Positions 33,312 to 43,690 of a DNA stretch of 64,000 bases are shown piece by piece; within the stretch, counting starts at the first letter, position 1, and each line of letters begins with the position of its first letter. The notes under the pieces were generated by a model, which had not been told where the DNA came from, ran no database searches, and was given only the letters and a program-made list of their open reading frames with translations. Source of the DNA: Acidobacteriota bacterium (lineage in GTDB: Bacteria; Acidobacteriota; UBA890; WLXD01); contig CAXWPH010000014.1 of the NCBI GenBank assembly GCA_963666055.2, forward strand, positions 256,001 to 320,000, given 5' to 3'. The position numbers and the translations under genes are program-made.

Positions 33312-33674
33312 TCAGAAGTTCATGAGCTTGTCGCTCTCTGCCGCAAGCTCAGCGTAGCGCTTCGGATCGATGAACTCGGCGTTCTTTCCCTCAAGATCGG
33401 CCTCGAAGACCTCACGGGCCTTCGCGCAACCCCCTCAGACGTAGATCGGCACACCGTTATCGACGGCAAACTGGAATAGCTCCTTGAGCGGCGGCATGCC
33501 GACGCCAACGAGGCTCTCCCGCAGCCCGTCCTTGAGGATCACCGGACTGTCAACGGCCAACACGATACCGACATCGTGCCCGGCTTCTTTGGCCCCTTTG
33601 GCGATGTGGAAGGGCAAGCTTGCACGGGTAGGATCATCGGCCCCGTGAGTACCCGTGATCAGGAACTTTGCCAT
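33312..33674 (-). CDS. DsrE/DsrF-like selenoprotein (Sec at in-frame UGA 33435-33437)
   Basis: MAKFLITGTHGADDPTRASLPF...VPIYV-UGA-GGCAKAREVFEADLEGKNAEFIDPKRYAELAAESDKLMNF*. The domain is complete only on read-through; UxxC motif; GGGGAGG RBS. Confidence 0.85.
33404..33424 (-). promoter_or_regulatory. Bacterial SECIS-like hairpin
   Basis: CGAAGGCC-CGUGA-GGUCUUCG; apical loop begins 18 nt after the UGA, with G at loop position 2. Confidence 0.65.
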
Positions 33675-33884
33675 AAGACACCTCCCCCTCTTCTGCCCCT
33701 ACGTACTAGGGCAACACCTCAAGCTGCTGGAGTAACGAGAGCATATCGAAGTAGCGACCGGCTTGGCTGCCGGCGATGTGCCCGTCAGAGACAGGCGCGG
33801 GTGGTGAGTCCTGGCCGCTGCCCCCGGCGAAATCGAGGATCTCATGCGGATCGACTTCGTTGCGAAGCTGAGGGAAATCGGGTG

Positions 33885-34061
33885 CTAGTGCAGCGTGGTG
33901 CTCATGGCGTACCGCCCCTCCTGGAACTCGCCGCACAGCGTGGTCACCAGCGGGTGGCTGATCGGCTGACCGCCGTCGTCCGGCTCGAGGTTTCGCTCGG
34001 CCACGTAGGTCGTGTGGTCAGCTCCGTCGACGAGCACGTGATACCACGGGCTGTCTTTCGG
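33885..34061 (-). pseudogene. hspQ: HspQ (YccV-like) C-terminal fragment
   Basis: PKDSPWYHVLVDGADHTTYVAERNLEPD...ISHPLV; N-terminal half absent. Confidence 0.75.
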
Positions 34062-34084
34062 CGATCCGCCCGCGCCGGAGGCCC

Positions 34085-35417
34085 CTATCTCGGCGTCGCC
34101 ACGTCTCCCGCCACCGGCTCCAGCCTCACGATCCTCGTCATCGGCTTTCCTTCGGGGCCCCTCGAGCGCCAGGTAGATGAAGCCGTCTGGACCCTGCCGC
34201 ACGTCCCGGATGCGCCCCAGAACACCTTCGAGCAGAGTCTCCTCGCTCACCGCCCTGTGCCCGTCGAACGAGATCCGGGCAAGCTGCTGACCCAACAGCC
34301 CGCCTACGAACACGCTGCCCTTCCACCACGGAAACTGCTCGCCCGAGTAGATCATCAAGCCCGACGCGCCGATGGACGGGATCCAGGCGAACCGTGGCGA
34401 CTCCATCCCCCGCCGTTGCGTTTCTGTCGTGAAGACCGTCCCGTCGTAGTGGATCCCGTGGGAAACCACCGGCCAGCCGTAGTTTTCCCCGCCGACGATG
34501 AGGTTCAGCTCGTCGCCTCCCCTGGGACCGTGCTCGTTCGACCAGACCTCCCCGGTCACCGGGTGGACGGCGAGCCCTTGCTGGTTCCGGTGCCCGTAGC
34601 TCCAAATCTCGGGGAGGACGTCGGCGCGCCCGACGAAGGGGTTGTCGGCGGGAACGCTGCCGTCCTCGTGAAGGCGGATGATCGTTCCCATGTGGTTCGT
34701 CAGGTCTTGTGCTGGATGGCCCGCCATGAAGTCGGGGGAGACCATCCGGTCGCCCACAGCGACGAACAGGTAACCGTCCGGGTCGAAGACCATTCGGCCT
34801 GCGAAGTGGTTGTTGTTGTCGCCCCAGGCGCTTGACTCGAAGATCTCCTCGACGTCGACCACGCGATACCCTTCCAGATCACCCGCCACCGGACCAGGCT
34901 CCAGGCGCCCCCGCACGACGGTGGTCGTCCCGCGGGAGCCGTCGGCGTTCGGCTTGCCGTAGCTTAGATAGAGTAGACGGTTCGTGGTGAAGTCCGGATG
35001 GGGAGCCACATCCATGAACCCTCCCTGTCCCCGCTGCCGATACACCTGGGGAAGCCCGGCGACCGGGTCGGGCTCGAGCACCCCGTCCCGGACGATCCTC
35101 AGGCGGCCGGGTCGCTCCGTCACGAGCATCTCGCCGCTCGGCAGCCAGGTCATGGACCACGGTTGGTCCAGCGCCTCCACGACGGTCACAACGCGGAAAT
35201 TGTGGCGCGCTGACTCGCGTATCTCGGGCGACTGCTTCTTTCCCGTCTGGCAGGTGATGGAGATGTCTCCCCAATCCACGGGAGGAACTAGGTCGTTTGC
35301 TGCCGTGTAGCCGTAGGTCCCCGAGACCCTGGCGTAGCCAGGGACTATCGCGGCGTCGGATACGATCGCCAGCGCCAGAATTACCAGCACGGAGGGTGCC
35401 GCGCCTGATCTCTTCAC
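34085..35417 (-). CDS. PQQ-dependent sugar dehydrogenase (YliI/GSDH family), frameshifted near its C-terminus
   Basis: LVTERPGRL, GQGGFMDV, WSYGHRNQQG, EHGPRGGDELN. The natural end MTRIVRLEPVAG...* lies in another frame after ~34155. Confidence 0.85.
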
Positions 35418-35481
35418 ATCGCCTCCCAGCAAGTGTTCGGGTTTCCATGGAGCGCGATCAGACGCACCCACTACCTCATCG

Positions 35482-37161
35482 TCAGATGGTGGCAGGCGGC
35501 AGATGGAGTCGCCACCAGTCGGCCGCTCGACGGGCGGTCCATCGCGGCTCAGGGCAGCTGGCTACCAGAGCTTCCGCCAGCTCCGCGGCGCTCGGATAGC
35601 GGGCGCCCGGATCCTTCTCGAGGCACCTGAGAATGACGCGCTCGAGCCCGGCAGGAATCTCCGTCTCGACCCTTTCGGAGGGTGGCACCGGCGAGGTCTT
35701 GACGTGATCCAGCAGCACGCCGAGCGGCGGGCCGTCGAACACCGGCGTTCCGGTCAACAAGTAGTAGCCGACACAGCCCAAAGCGTAGATATCGGCGCGG
35801 TGGTCTGGCTCGACGCCGTTGAGCACCAGTTCCGGAGCCATATACCCAGGGGTCCCATTGATCTCCCCCTCGAGCGTGAGCTCAGTCGGTTCATCGGCGC
35901 CAAGTGCCGGCAGCGTCCCGCCCGTCACGAGACCGAAATCGAGCACCTTGACGAAGTCGTGGGCCATTCCGAGCCGGCAGGCAAAGATGTTGGCGGGCTT
36001 GATATCTCGATGCGTCATGCCCTGGTCGTGCGCGTCGGCCAACGACTCGCAGGCCTGCTCGAGGAGGTAGACGACGCGCTCAGCAGCAACAGGTCCGTGC
36101 TGCTTGACCAGGCTACTCAGGTCGACGCCGTCGAGATACTCCATCGCATAGTAGAACGTGCCATCGCCGGCGACGCCGAAGTCGTATACCTCGACCGTGT
36201 GGATCGAGCGCAGACGAGCCGTGGCCTGGGCCTCGCGCTCGAAGCGGCGCAATACCAGGGCCGCCTTTGCAGGGCTGTTCTTGTCGACCGCGTCACCACG
36301 AATCAGCTTGATCGCCGCCGGCCGTGCCAGCAGGTTGTGCTCGCCCAGCCAGACCTCGCCCATGCCGCCCTGGCCGATTCTACGCTTCAGCACATACCTG
36401 AGAGTGATCCGGGTGGTACGGGCGAGCGCCAGGTACTGGTCAATCACGTAGGCAGCCAGGATGGCTAGCACCGCGGCAGTTGCCAATACGATCACCGACT
36501 CTGCAACTCGGCCTGGCACAGCGACGTCGCGCAGCCCCGTCGCGCGTTGCGGGCTCGATAGCCACAGGAGCGTCACCAACGCAGCCGGGGTCAACGCCAG
36601 GGCGCCAATGACGCGAGCGGCACGGGACCAGGAGTTGGGTACCGCGGTCCCATACGTGACCATGAGCAACACGAACTGCACGAGGGCGAGGTTCCATCGG
36701 GACACCAGCCCTTGAGCGTCGCCAACGGCCAGCAGTTGATCGAACGCTGCGTAGGCCGTCCAAGCCAGGTACGAGGTCAGCGTGGCGAACACGGCGCGCT
36801 CAATCCAGCGAAGTTCGTCAACGGTGGGATCGTCCCGGACGAAAAGTACGGCGACGGCGCCAGCAAGAACGAGCACTACGAGAAAGAGCCCTGCGGCGCC
36901 GCGCGTCGAGCCCGTCGTCAGGCTCCAGAGCAAGAAACCCGACGCGCCCGCCAGCATCAGCCCGGTCACGGCGCCCAAGAGCATACGCAGCGGCACCACG
37001 TTGGCCAGTTCCTTCGCCTCGTCGCCCAGACCGGGCAACAGTCCCGTCTCGGGTCAGAACCAGCACCTAGCATCGGCCGCGTCCGCGTCGAACGGATCGC
37101 TGTCGCCGAGCGCAGGAGACGCTATCGGACCGGTGATGCCTTCATTCCGGGCGTCGCTCAT
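35482..37161 (-). CDS. Membrane-bound Hanks-type Ser/Thr protein kinase (in-frame TGA at 37054-37056 if started at ATG 37161)
   Basis: About 6 TM, then IGQGGMGEV, AAIK, HRDIKPANI, DFG, GTPGYMAPE. Alternative start is TTG 37038. Confidence 0.88.
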
Positions 37162-37314
37162 GCGCGCAAGAGTGTCACCGCTGTCGGCAGGGCGAAAGCG
37201 GCCCGGGTCACCGCCGTTTCTTCTGCCAAGAGCCGCTGCGCTCAGGTGTCTCCTGCTATGGTTATCGAACTCTGCTCTGGCCAACACTGAAGATCGACTG
37301 GGGAGGGGCATCAA

Positions 37315-39303
37315 GTGGCACGCTTCGGGCAATTCTTCGCTATTTGCCTCTTGGTGAGCCTTGTTGCCGGGGCACTGCCGGCAGCAACAAGGCTGTTGGA
37401 ACGACCTCAGCAAGACGAATGGCGCTACTTCGGCGGCGACAAGGGTTTCACTCGCTACTCCCCGCTCGATCAAATCCACCGTGAAAACGTCAACGATTTG
37501 CGGATCGTCTGGCGTCGCCCTGCAGTGCGCGACGAACTTACCGAGGCGTTTCCTGATCTGTACCCCGATGCCTACCTGAGGGCGACGCCGATCATGATCG
37601 ACGGCGTGCTCTACACCCAAGATGCCCACGGTTTGGTGATCGCCCTCGATGGCGAGACCGGCGAGACCGGCGAGACCGGCGAGACATTGTGGCAACAGGA
37701 GCTCGTCGTGTCGACACTGGAAGAGGCCGACGCGTCGAGCACTCGTGGTGTTGATCACTGGAGCAGTGGCACCGGCGACGAGCGCATCCTCGCCATCCGC
37801 GGCGAGTATCTCTATTCGCTCAATACCAGGACCGGCGAGCCTTACGCTGGTTTTGGCGATGACGGCAGGGTCAGCCTGCGGTTCCATGAGCGTCAGCCCT
37901 TGGCCCGTGCATTCAGCGACAGCACGGGTCCTCTCGTCGTTGGCGACGTCGTTGTCGTCACCGGGATCACGGGCGGAGCCGGCGATGGCGGCAACAAGAA
38001 GGAATCGGCGCCCGAGGACGTGCGTGGCTTCGACGCCGAGACGGGCCGGTTGCTGTGGACGTTCCATCCGGTGCCGCAGGAAGGCGAGTTTGGCACCGAC
38101 ACCTGGGGCGACGATTCTTGGAAGGTAGCGGGCGATCTCGGCGCTTGGGCTCTGATGACAGCGGACGAAGAGCTCGGCTATATCTACATCGCGCTGTCAG
38201 CGCCGACGTCTGCCTGGTATGGCGGCTGGCGACCCGGTGACAACCTGTTCTCCAATACCTTGGTCGCTCTGAATGTGAAGACCGGCGAGCGCGTCTGGCA
38301 CTTCCAGATGATTCACCACGACCTCTGGGAATACGACAACATCGGCCCCGCGATACTCGGCGACATCACGGTCGACGGCAGGCGCATCAAGGCGGTGATG
38401 CAGCCGAACAAGAATGCGTTTCTATTCGTCCTCGACCGTACCAACGGCGAGCCGGTATGGCCGATCGAGGAGCGACCGGTACCTCGGTCAACCGTGCCCG
38501 GCGAGGAGTCCTCGCCGACGCAGCCGTTTCCGACCAAGCCGCCGCCCTTCGACCAACAGGGCATGACCGACAACGACTTGATCGACTACACACCGGAGCT
38601 CAAGCAACGGGCACGCGAGCTCGTCAAGGACTATCAACTCGGTCCGCTCTATACGCCACCGTCGGTGCCGAGCGATGAACCGGGTGGAACGAAGGGGACG
38701 ATCGTATATCCGGGAGCGTGGGGCAACGGGAACTGGAACACCGGAGCCTTTGATCCCGAAACAGCGATCTACTACGCGGTCTCAAACACCTCGTATGGTC
38801 CGACAAACCGCGCTGTGGTCAAACAAACCGACCCGGAAGCGACGATGGAATATGCCTACGTCCCCAGCGCCCGACTCGAGCTCGACGGGCTCTTCTTCAA
38901 CAAGGGGCCGTACGGCCGGATCACAGCCCTCGATCTGAACCGCGGCGAGCAGCTGTGGATGACCGCCAACGGCGATGGGCCGCGCAACCATCCGCTGCTG
39001 AAGGACCTGAACCTGCCGCCGCTGGGGAGTCCCAACCGTCCCGCTCCACTTGTCACCAAGACCCTGTTGTTCCTCGGCGAAGGCAGCAACGCGGTGAGCG
39101 GAACGCTGAACGAGGACTGGGCATGGGGCAAGAAATTCCGCGCCTATGACAAGGCGACGGGCGAGGTGATTTGGGAGACAGAGTTGCCGTCCGGAACCAC
39201 CGCCGGCCCGATGACCTACATGCTCGACGGCAAGCAGTACATCGTGGTGTCAATTGGGGCGCAGGATCACCCGCCGGAGTACGTCGCACTGGCGCTTCCC
39301 TAG
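37315..39303 (+). CDS. PQQ-dependent (quinoprotein glucose-type) dehydrogenase
   Basis: Signal peptide, WRYFGGD..TRYSPLDQI, WHFQMIHHDLWEYD, PMTYMLDGKQYI. Confidence 0.9.
   Translation: MARFGQFFAICLLVSLVAGALPAATRLLERPQQDEWRYFGGDKGFTRYSPLDQIHRENVNDLRIVWRRPAVRDELTEAFPDLYPDAYLRATPIMIDGVLYTQDAHGLVIALDGETGETGETGETLWQQELVVSTLEEADASSTRGVDHWSSGTGDERILAIRGEYLYSLNTRTGEPYAGFGDDGRVSLRFHERQPLARAFSDSTGPLVVGDVVVVTGITGGAGDGGNKKESAPEDVRGFDAETGRLLWTFHPVPQEGEFGTDTWGDDSWKVAGDLGAWALMTADEELGYIYIALSAPTSAWYGGWRPGDNLFSNTLVALNVKTGERVWHFQMIHHDLWEYDNIGPAILGDITVDGRRIKAVMQPNKNAFLFVLDRTNGEPVWPIEERPVPRSTVPGEESSPTQPFPTKPPPFDQQGMTDNDLIDYTPELKQRARELVKDYQLGPLYTPPSVPSDEPGGTKGTIVYPGAWGNGNWNTGAFDPETAIYYAVSNTSYGPTNRAVVKQTDPEATMEYAYVPSARLELDGLFFNKGPYGRITALDLNRGEQLWMTANGDGPRNHPLLKDLNLPPLGSPNRPAPLVTKTLLFLGEGSNAVSGTLNEDWAWGKKFRAYDKATGEVIWETELPSGTTAGPMTYMLDGKQYIVVSIGAQDHPPEYVALALP
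37651..37686 (+). repeat. In-frame 9-bp tandem repeat (GGCGAGACC)x4 encoding (GET)4
   Basis: Read directly; the last unit ends in A. Confidence 0.9.
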
Positions 39304-39485
39304 AGCAATCGCTGGTCAGCAGCCAGATACGCTCCGGTATCCCCGAATAGCTGCTCGGCGATCTGGGGCCGTGAAGCCCGACGTCAGAGCGGGCGAGGAT
39401 CGGTGTGACAAATCGGCTACGCTACGCTACGCCGGCTCCAACAACCTCTTGTCAGCACCGACCTAATGAGTTACGAAGTGGCCCA

Positions 39486-39764
39486 CTAGCAGGCCGTGGT
39501 GAAAGTGTGGTGGGTCTGGCGACAGGGTCTTGCGAAGTGGAGGCAAGGAGAGAGGAGGAGGCGATGGTTACCCCATCGTTGACGAGGAACGACCTAGCAT
39601 ACGTGCGCAACCCCCTGTCGCCCGAAGGGTTACGGCGATTTGGGGCCATCTGCAGCGTTGGCCTTCCTCGACGATGGCTAGGGCATCGCCTGTGTCAGGC
39701 CGCCTTGCATCTGGCCCCAACTCGCCGTAACCAGACCCACCACACTTTCACCACGGCCTGCTAG
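39486..39764 (+). mobile_element. MITE-like element, copy 2 (279 bp)
   Basis: Same CTAG-bounded 34-bp inverted ends and internal sequence as copy 1. Confidence 0.9.
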
Positions 39765-39784
39765 GGAGTGGCGGAGGAGCATGG

Positions 39785-40297
39785 ATGATGAGCAGCGTTA
39801 CATTGCATGTGAACGGCGCTACGCACACGGTTGACATCGACCCGTCGGCTCGGCTGCTCTATGTCTTGCGAAATGATCTCGGCTTGCGGGGGCCGCGGTT
39901 CGGGTGTGGACTCGGCCAGTGCGGGGCGTGCACGGTGATCATCGACGGCGTCGCGACTCGGTCGTGTGTGACGCGCGCGTCGCGGGTCAGCGGCGAGATC
40001 ACGACGCTCGAAGGCCTCGCCAAGAACGGCACGCTGGATCCGGTGCAGCAAGCCTGGATCGACGAGCAGGTTCCGCAGTGCGGCTTCTGCCAGAACGGGC
40101 AGATCATGACCGCCAAGGCACTGCTGGACCGAAATCCGAATCCGACGGATGCCGAGATTCGCCAGGGCATGGCCCGAGCGCTGTGCCGGTGCATGACCTA
40201 CTACCGGGTCCAAGCGGCGATCAAGCGCGTGGCGCGAGGGGCCTATGCCAGCGCGCCGGGCAGCGAACAGGGCATTGCGACGGAGATGGTCGAATGA
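39785..40297 (+). CDS. (2Fe-2S)-binding small subunit (IorA/CoxS type)
   Basis: GCGLGQCGACTV...SC, QCGFCQNG, LCRC. Confidence 0.93.
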   Translation: MMSSVTLHVNGATHTVDIDPSARLLYVLRNDLGLRGPRFGCGLGQCGACTVIIDGVATRSCVTRASRVSGEITTLEGLAKNGTLDPVQQAWIDEQVPQCGFCQNGQIMTAKALLDRNPNPTDAEIRQGMARALCRCMTYYRVQAAIKRVARGAYASAPGSEQGIATEMVE

Positions 40298-42693
40298 CGA
40301 TCTTCACGAGAGTTCCGAATGCCATCGAAGATGTATTGGCGCACCGCAACCCCTCGAGCTCTCGGAGGGACTTCCTCAAGACCTCGGGCGCTCTTGTCGT
40401 GAGCTTCAGCGCGACGGCAGTCACGGCTACCGATGCATTCGCGGCGGTGGCCGGCAGCGGCGAAACAGCCCTGGCCCGGTCGGCGGGTCCCTATCCCGAT
40501 CCCGACTTCAGCCAGCTCGATACATGGGTCGTGATTCATGGCGACAACACGGCGACTTTCTATGTCGGAAAGACGGACTGCGGTCAAGGCACGGGAACGG
40601 CATTTCGGCAGATGATGTCCGACGAGCTGGATATCGCCTACGACAAGACCAGCCTCGTCATGGGTAGCACCGACGTCACCCCCGACCAGGGCGGCTCGGG
40701 CGGTTCCGATGCGATACAGAGAGACGGCTGGCCGATGCGGCGTGTCGCCGCCGAGGCCCGGCGCATCCTGCTGGAACTGGCTTCTGATCGGTTCGGGGTG
40801 CCGGTCGAGCAGCTCGACGTCAGCGACGCGGTGATCGCGCTGCGATCGGACCCCTCCAAGAAGGTCACCTACGCGGAGCTGGTCGGCGAGAGGCGGTTCA
40901 ACGTCACGCTGACGGGAGACAACGTCAACGCGATCTCAGGGGTGGCCGACGTCAAGCCGGTCGAGGATCTCCGCATCGTCGGCCAGTCGCCGCAGCGCTA
41001 CGACATTCCCCCGAAGGTGGACGGGTCGTTGACATGGGCGGTGGACGTGACGCTGCCCGGGATGGTTCATGCACGCAACGTCAAGCCGCCGGTTGCCGGC
41101 GCTGCGCTCCGCCGCATCGACGAGGCATCGGTCCAAGACCTGCCGGGATTTATCCGAGTGATCAGCAAGGGGAACTACGTGGCGGTGATCTGCGAGCGGG
41201 AAGAGCAGGCGATCGACGCCGCCAGGCGGCTGCAGGTGGATTGGGACAAACCGCCGGCCGCACCGTTCCCGACGTCCGATGAGTTGTATGCGTACATGCG
41301 CAGCGCGACGCCCACCTCGAGCGGCGAACCCGACGTGGTGGGAAATCCCGAGGTGGCGCTGGCGGGCGCGGCACAGGTAATCGAGGCCGAATACGATTTC
41401 CCGTTCCAGGGACACACGGCCTTCGGTCCAGCTCACGCTCTGGCCGACCCTTCCGACGGTCAGATGACGATCTACTCCAACGACATGAAATCGTACGGGA
41501 TGCGGAACGGCATCGCCGAGTTTCTCGGCATGCCCAGGGACCGGGTGCGCGTCGTGTGGATGGAAGGTTCCCAAGCGTACGGCCGTACGGCCGCCGACGA
41601 TGCGGGATTCGAGGCCGCATTCCTGGCCAAAGAGATCGGCCGACCGGTTCGCATGCAGTGGATGAGGGACGAGGAAACGGCCTGGGAAACGAAGGGGCCG
41701 GCGTTCACCTTCAGGTTGCGTGGAGGGCTCGACGCCCAGGGCGAGCTGGTCGCGTTGGAGTACGACGCGCAGAGTGCCGACTACAACCACGTTGGGTACA
41801 ACGAGGTCGAGACGGTCTTGATCTCACAACTCATGGGAACACGGCTCGCGACACCGAACAGGGGTCGCGCCTCGACGCCGTCCGAGATGTATGTCATTCC
41901 GCACCGGCGCACGACGGCTCAGGTAGTTCGGCTTCCCTTGATTTGGGAAACGCCGCTTCGAACCGGCAACCTCCGGGATCCCAACGGACCGCAGGTCACG
42001 TTTGCCTCCGAATCGTTCATCGACGAGCTGGCGGCAGCGACGCACGCCGACCCCGTCGAGTTCCGGCTGAATCTGCTCACCGGCCGCAGCGACGATGACA
42101 GCGGGTTCAGGCGGGCGCGCTCGATCGCGGTGGTTCGCGCGGCCGCCGACGCCTATGGCTGGGACACGCGGCCTTCGCCGAAACGGCGCGGAACGGGAAG
42201 GATTCTGACCGGACGCGGGATCGCGTACTCCTTCCGTAGCCAAACGATCGTCGCCGAGATCGCCGAGGTCGAGGTGAACCGTGAGACAGGCCACGTCTGG
42301 GTAAAGCGACTCGTCTGCGCGCATGACTGCGGATTGGTCATCAACCCCGAGGGACTCCGCCGCACGATCGAGTGCGGCATGTTGCACTCGCTAAGCCGCG
42401 CGCTCCACGAGGAAGTACAGTTCGACACCGAAAAGGTCACCAGCCTGAACTGGCTGTCCCATCCCAGCCTCAGGCACACCGACACGCCGGACGAGATCGA
42501 GGTGGTGCTGGTCAACGGCGATCCCAATCCGGACCGCTCCGATCTGCCGCCCTACGGGGCCGGCGAGGCGGTCTGCAAACCGATGGTCGCGGCGGTCGCC
42601 AATGCCATCTACGATGCGACCGGCGTTCGCCTTCGCCGCGCACCCTTTCGCGACCAGCGTGTGCTCGCGGCGCTCGAGGCCGCGGGCGCGTAG
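40294..42693 (+). CDS. Molybdopterin-binding large subunit (IorB/xanthine dehydrogenase family), Tat-exported
   Basis: SRRDFLK Tat motif, GQG, GGSGGS, CAHDCGLVINP, GAGE...ANAIYDATGVRLR. Confidence 0.9.
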   Translation: MTIFTRVPNAIEDVLAHRNPSSSRRDFLKTSGALVVSFSATAVTATDAFAAVAGSGETALARSAGPYPDPDFSQLDTWVVIHGDNTATFYVGKTDCGQGTGTAFRQMMSDELDIAYDKTSLVMGSTDVTPDQGGSGGSDAIQRDGWPMRRVAAEARRILLELASDRFGVPVEQLDVSDAVIALRSDPSKKVTYAELVGERRFNVTLTGDNVNAISGVADVKPVEDLRIVGQSPQRYDIPPKVDGSLTWAVDVTLPGMVHARNVKPPVAGAALRRIDEASVQDLPGFIRVISKGNYVAVICEREEQAIDAARRLQVDWDKPPAAPFPTSDELYAYMRSATPTSSGEPDVVGNPEVALAGAAQVIEAEYDFPFQGHTAFGPAHALADPSDGQMTIYSNDMKSYGMRNGIAEFLGMPRDRVRVVWMEGSQAYGRTAADDAGFEAAFLAKEIGRPVRMQWMRDEETAWETKGPAFTFRLRGGLDAQGELVALEYDAQSADYNHVGYNEVETVLISQLMGTRLATPNRGRASTPSEMYVIPHRRTTAQVVRLPLIWETPLRTGNLRDPNGPQVTFASESFIDELAAATHADPVEFRLNLLTGRSDDDSGFRRARSIAVVRAAADAYGWDTRPSPKRRGTGRILTGRGIAYSFRSQTIVAEIAEVEVNRETGHVWVKRLVCAHDCGLVINPEGLRRTIECGMLHSLSRALHEEVQFDTEKVTSLNWLSHPSLRHTDTPDEIEVVLVNGDPNPDRSDLPPYGAGEAVCKPMVAAVANAIYDATGVRLRRAPFRDQRVLAALEAAGA

Positions 42694-42754
42694 GTCACTT
42701 GACGGTGCCACGGCCCATGACCGCAGATTCGATAGCATGGAGGAGAGCGACGAC

Positions 42755-43669
42755 ATGAGGCAAAACAGTGGGATACGCATGACCCGGATCGCGCTCGCGG
42801 TTGCGCTGCTGGCTGCCGCCTCTTCAGGTACGGCAGCCGGAGCTCAAGAATCGCTCAAGGTCTTCATCTCAGTCGACATGGAAGGGATCGGCGGCATCGG
42901 CACGAGCGCCATGACCAGCGCCGGAAGCAGGGGCTACGGGCTCGGTCAGGAGCTCATGACCGAAGAGGTCAACACCGTGGCTGCGGCGATCTTCGAGCAT
43001 GGGCCGGCCGAGATCCTGGTCAACGACTCACACGGCAGCATGCAGAACCTGCTCCACACGCGTCTTGATCCGCGCGTCGAGTACATTCAAGGCAACAACA
43101 AGCCGCTCGGCATGGTGCAGGGGCTCGACGGCTCGTTCGACGCCGCGATCTTCATCGGTTATCACGCCCGGGCGCGTACCGAAGGGGGCTTCCTCGCCCA
43201 CACCGGATCGGGTTCGGTCAAGGGGTTGTGGGTCAACGGAGTGGAGGTGGGAGAAGGCGGCATGAACGCCTACTACGCTGGCTCCCACGGGGTCCCGGTG
43301 ATCGTGGCTTCAGGCGACCTCGTCTTTACCAAGCAGTTCTCGGATTTGGTCGGCTCGGGCACCCGCACCGTGGCCACCAAGGAGGCGATCGGCGCTCAGG
43401 TGGCGCGCCTCGACCACCCGGCAGTGGTTCGCGAGAAGCTCCGCGATGCAACCCTCGACGCGCTCGCCAACCTATCCACGATGTCCCCCCTCGTTCCCGA
43501 CGAACCGACGGTTGTCCGCGTGCGCTTCGCGACCATCACCCGCGCCGACATCCTGCAGGCGGTGCCCGACATGCAGCGCGTCGACGGCACGACGGTCGAG
43601 TACACGGCTCGCAACATGACCGAGGGCTACAAGCTGATCCGGCTGATGTACAAGTACATCAGCTGGTAG
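42755..43669 (+). CDS. M55 family D-aminopeptidase (DppA-like), secreted
   Basis: ISVDMEG, VNDSHG, FIGYHA, LAHT; signal peptide. Confidence 0.9.
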   Translation: MRQNSGIRMTRIALAVALLAAASSGTAAGAQESLKVFISVDMEGIGGIGTSAMTSAGSRGYGLGQELMTEEVNTVAAAIFEHGPAEILVNDSHGSMQNLLHTRLDPRVEYIQGNNKPLGMVQGLDGSFDAAIFIGYHARARTEGGFLAHTGSGSVKGLWVNGVEVGEGGMNAYYAGSHGVPVIVASGDLVFTKQFSDLVGSGTRTVATKEAIGAQVARLDHPAVVREKLRDATLDALANLSTMSPLVPDEPTVVRVRFATITRADILQAVPDMQRVDGTTVEYTARNMTEGYKLIRLMYKYISW

Positions 43670-43690
43670 ATGGACTGCCGGGGACACTCG

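Noticed and set aside
33885-35471. Apparent novel PQQ sugar dehydrogenase-HspQ fusion (528-aa ORF)
   Set aside because: The dehydrogenase's own C-terminus (MTRIVRLEP...stop at 34085) is in another frame. A frameshift near 34155 reads through into an hspQ shard.
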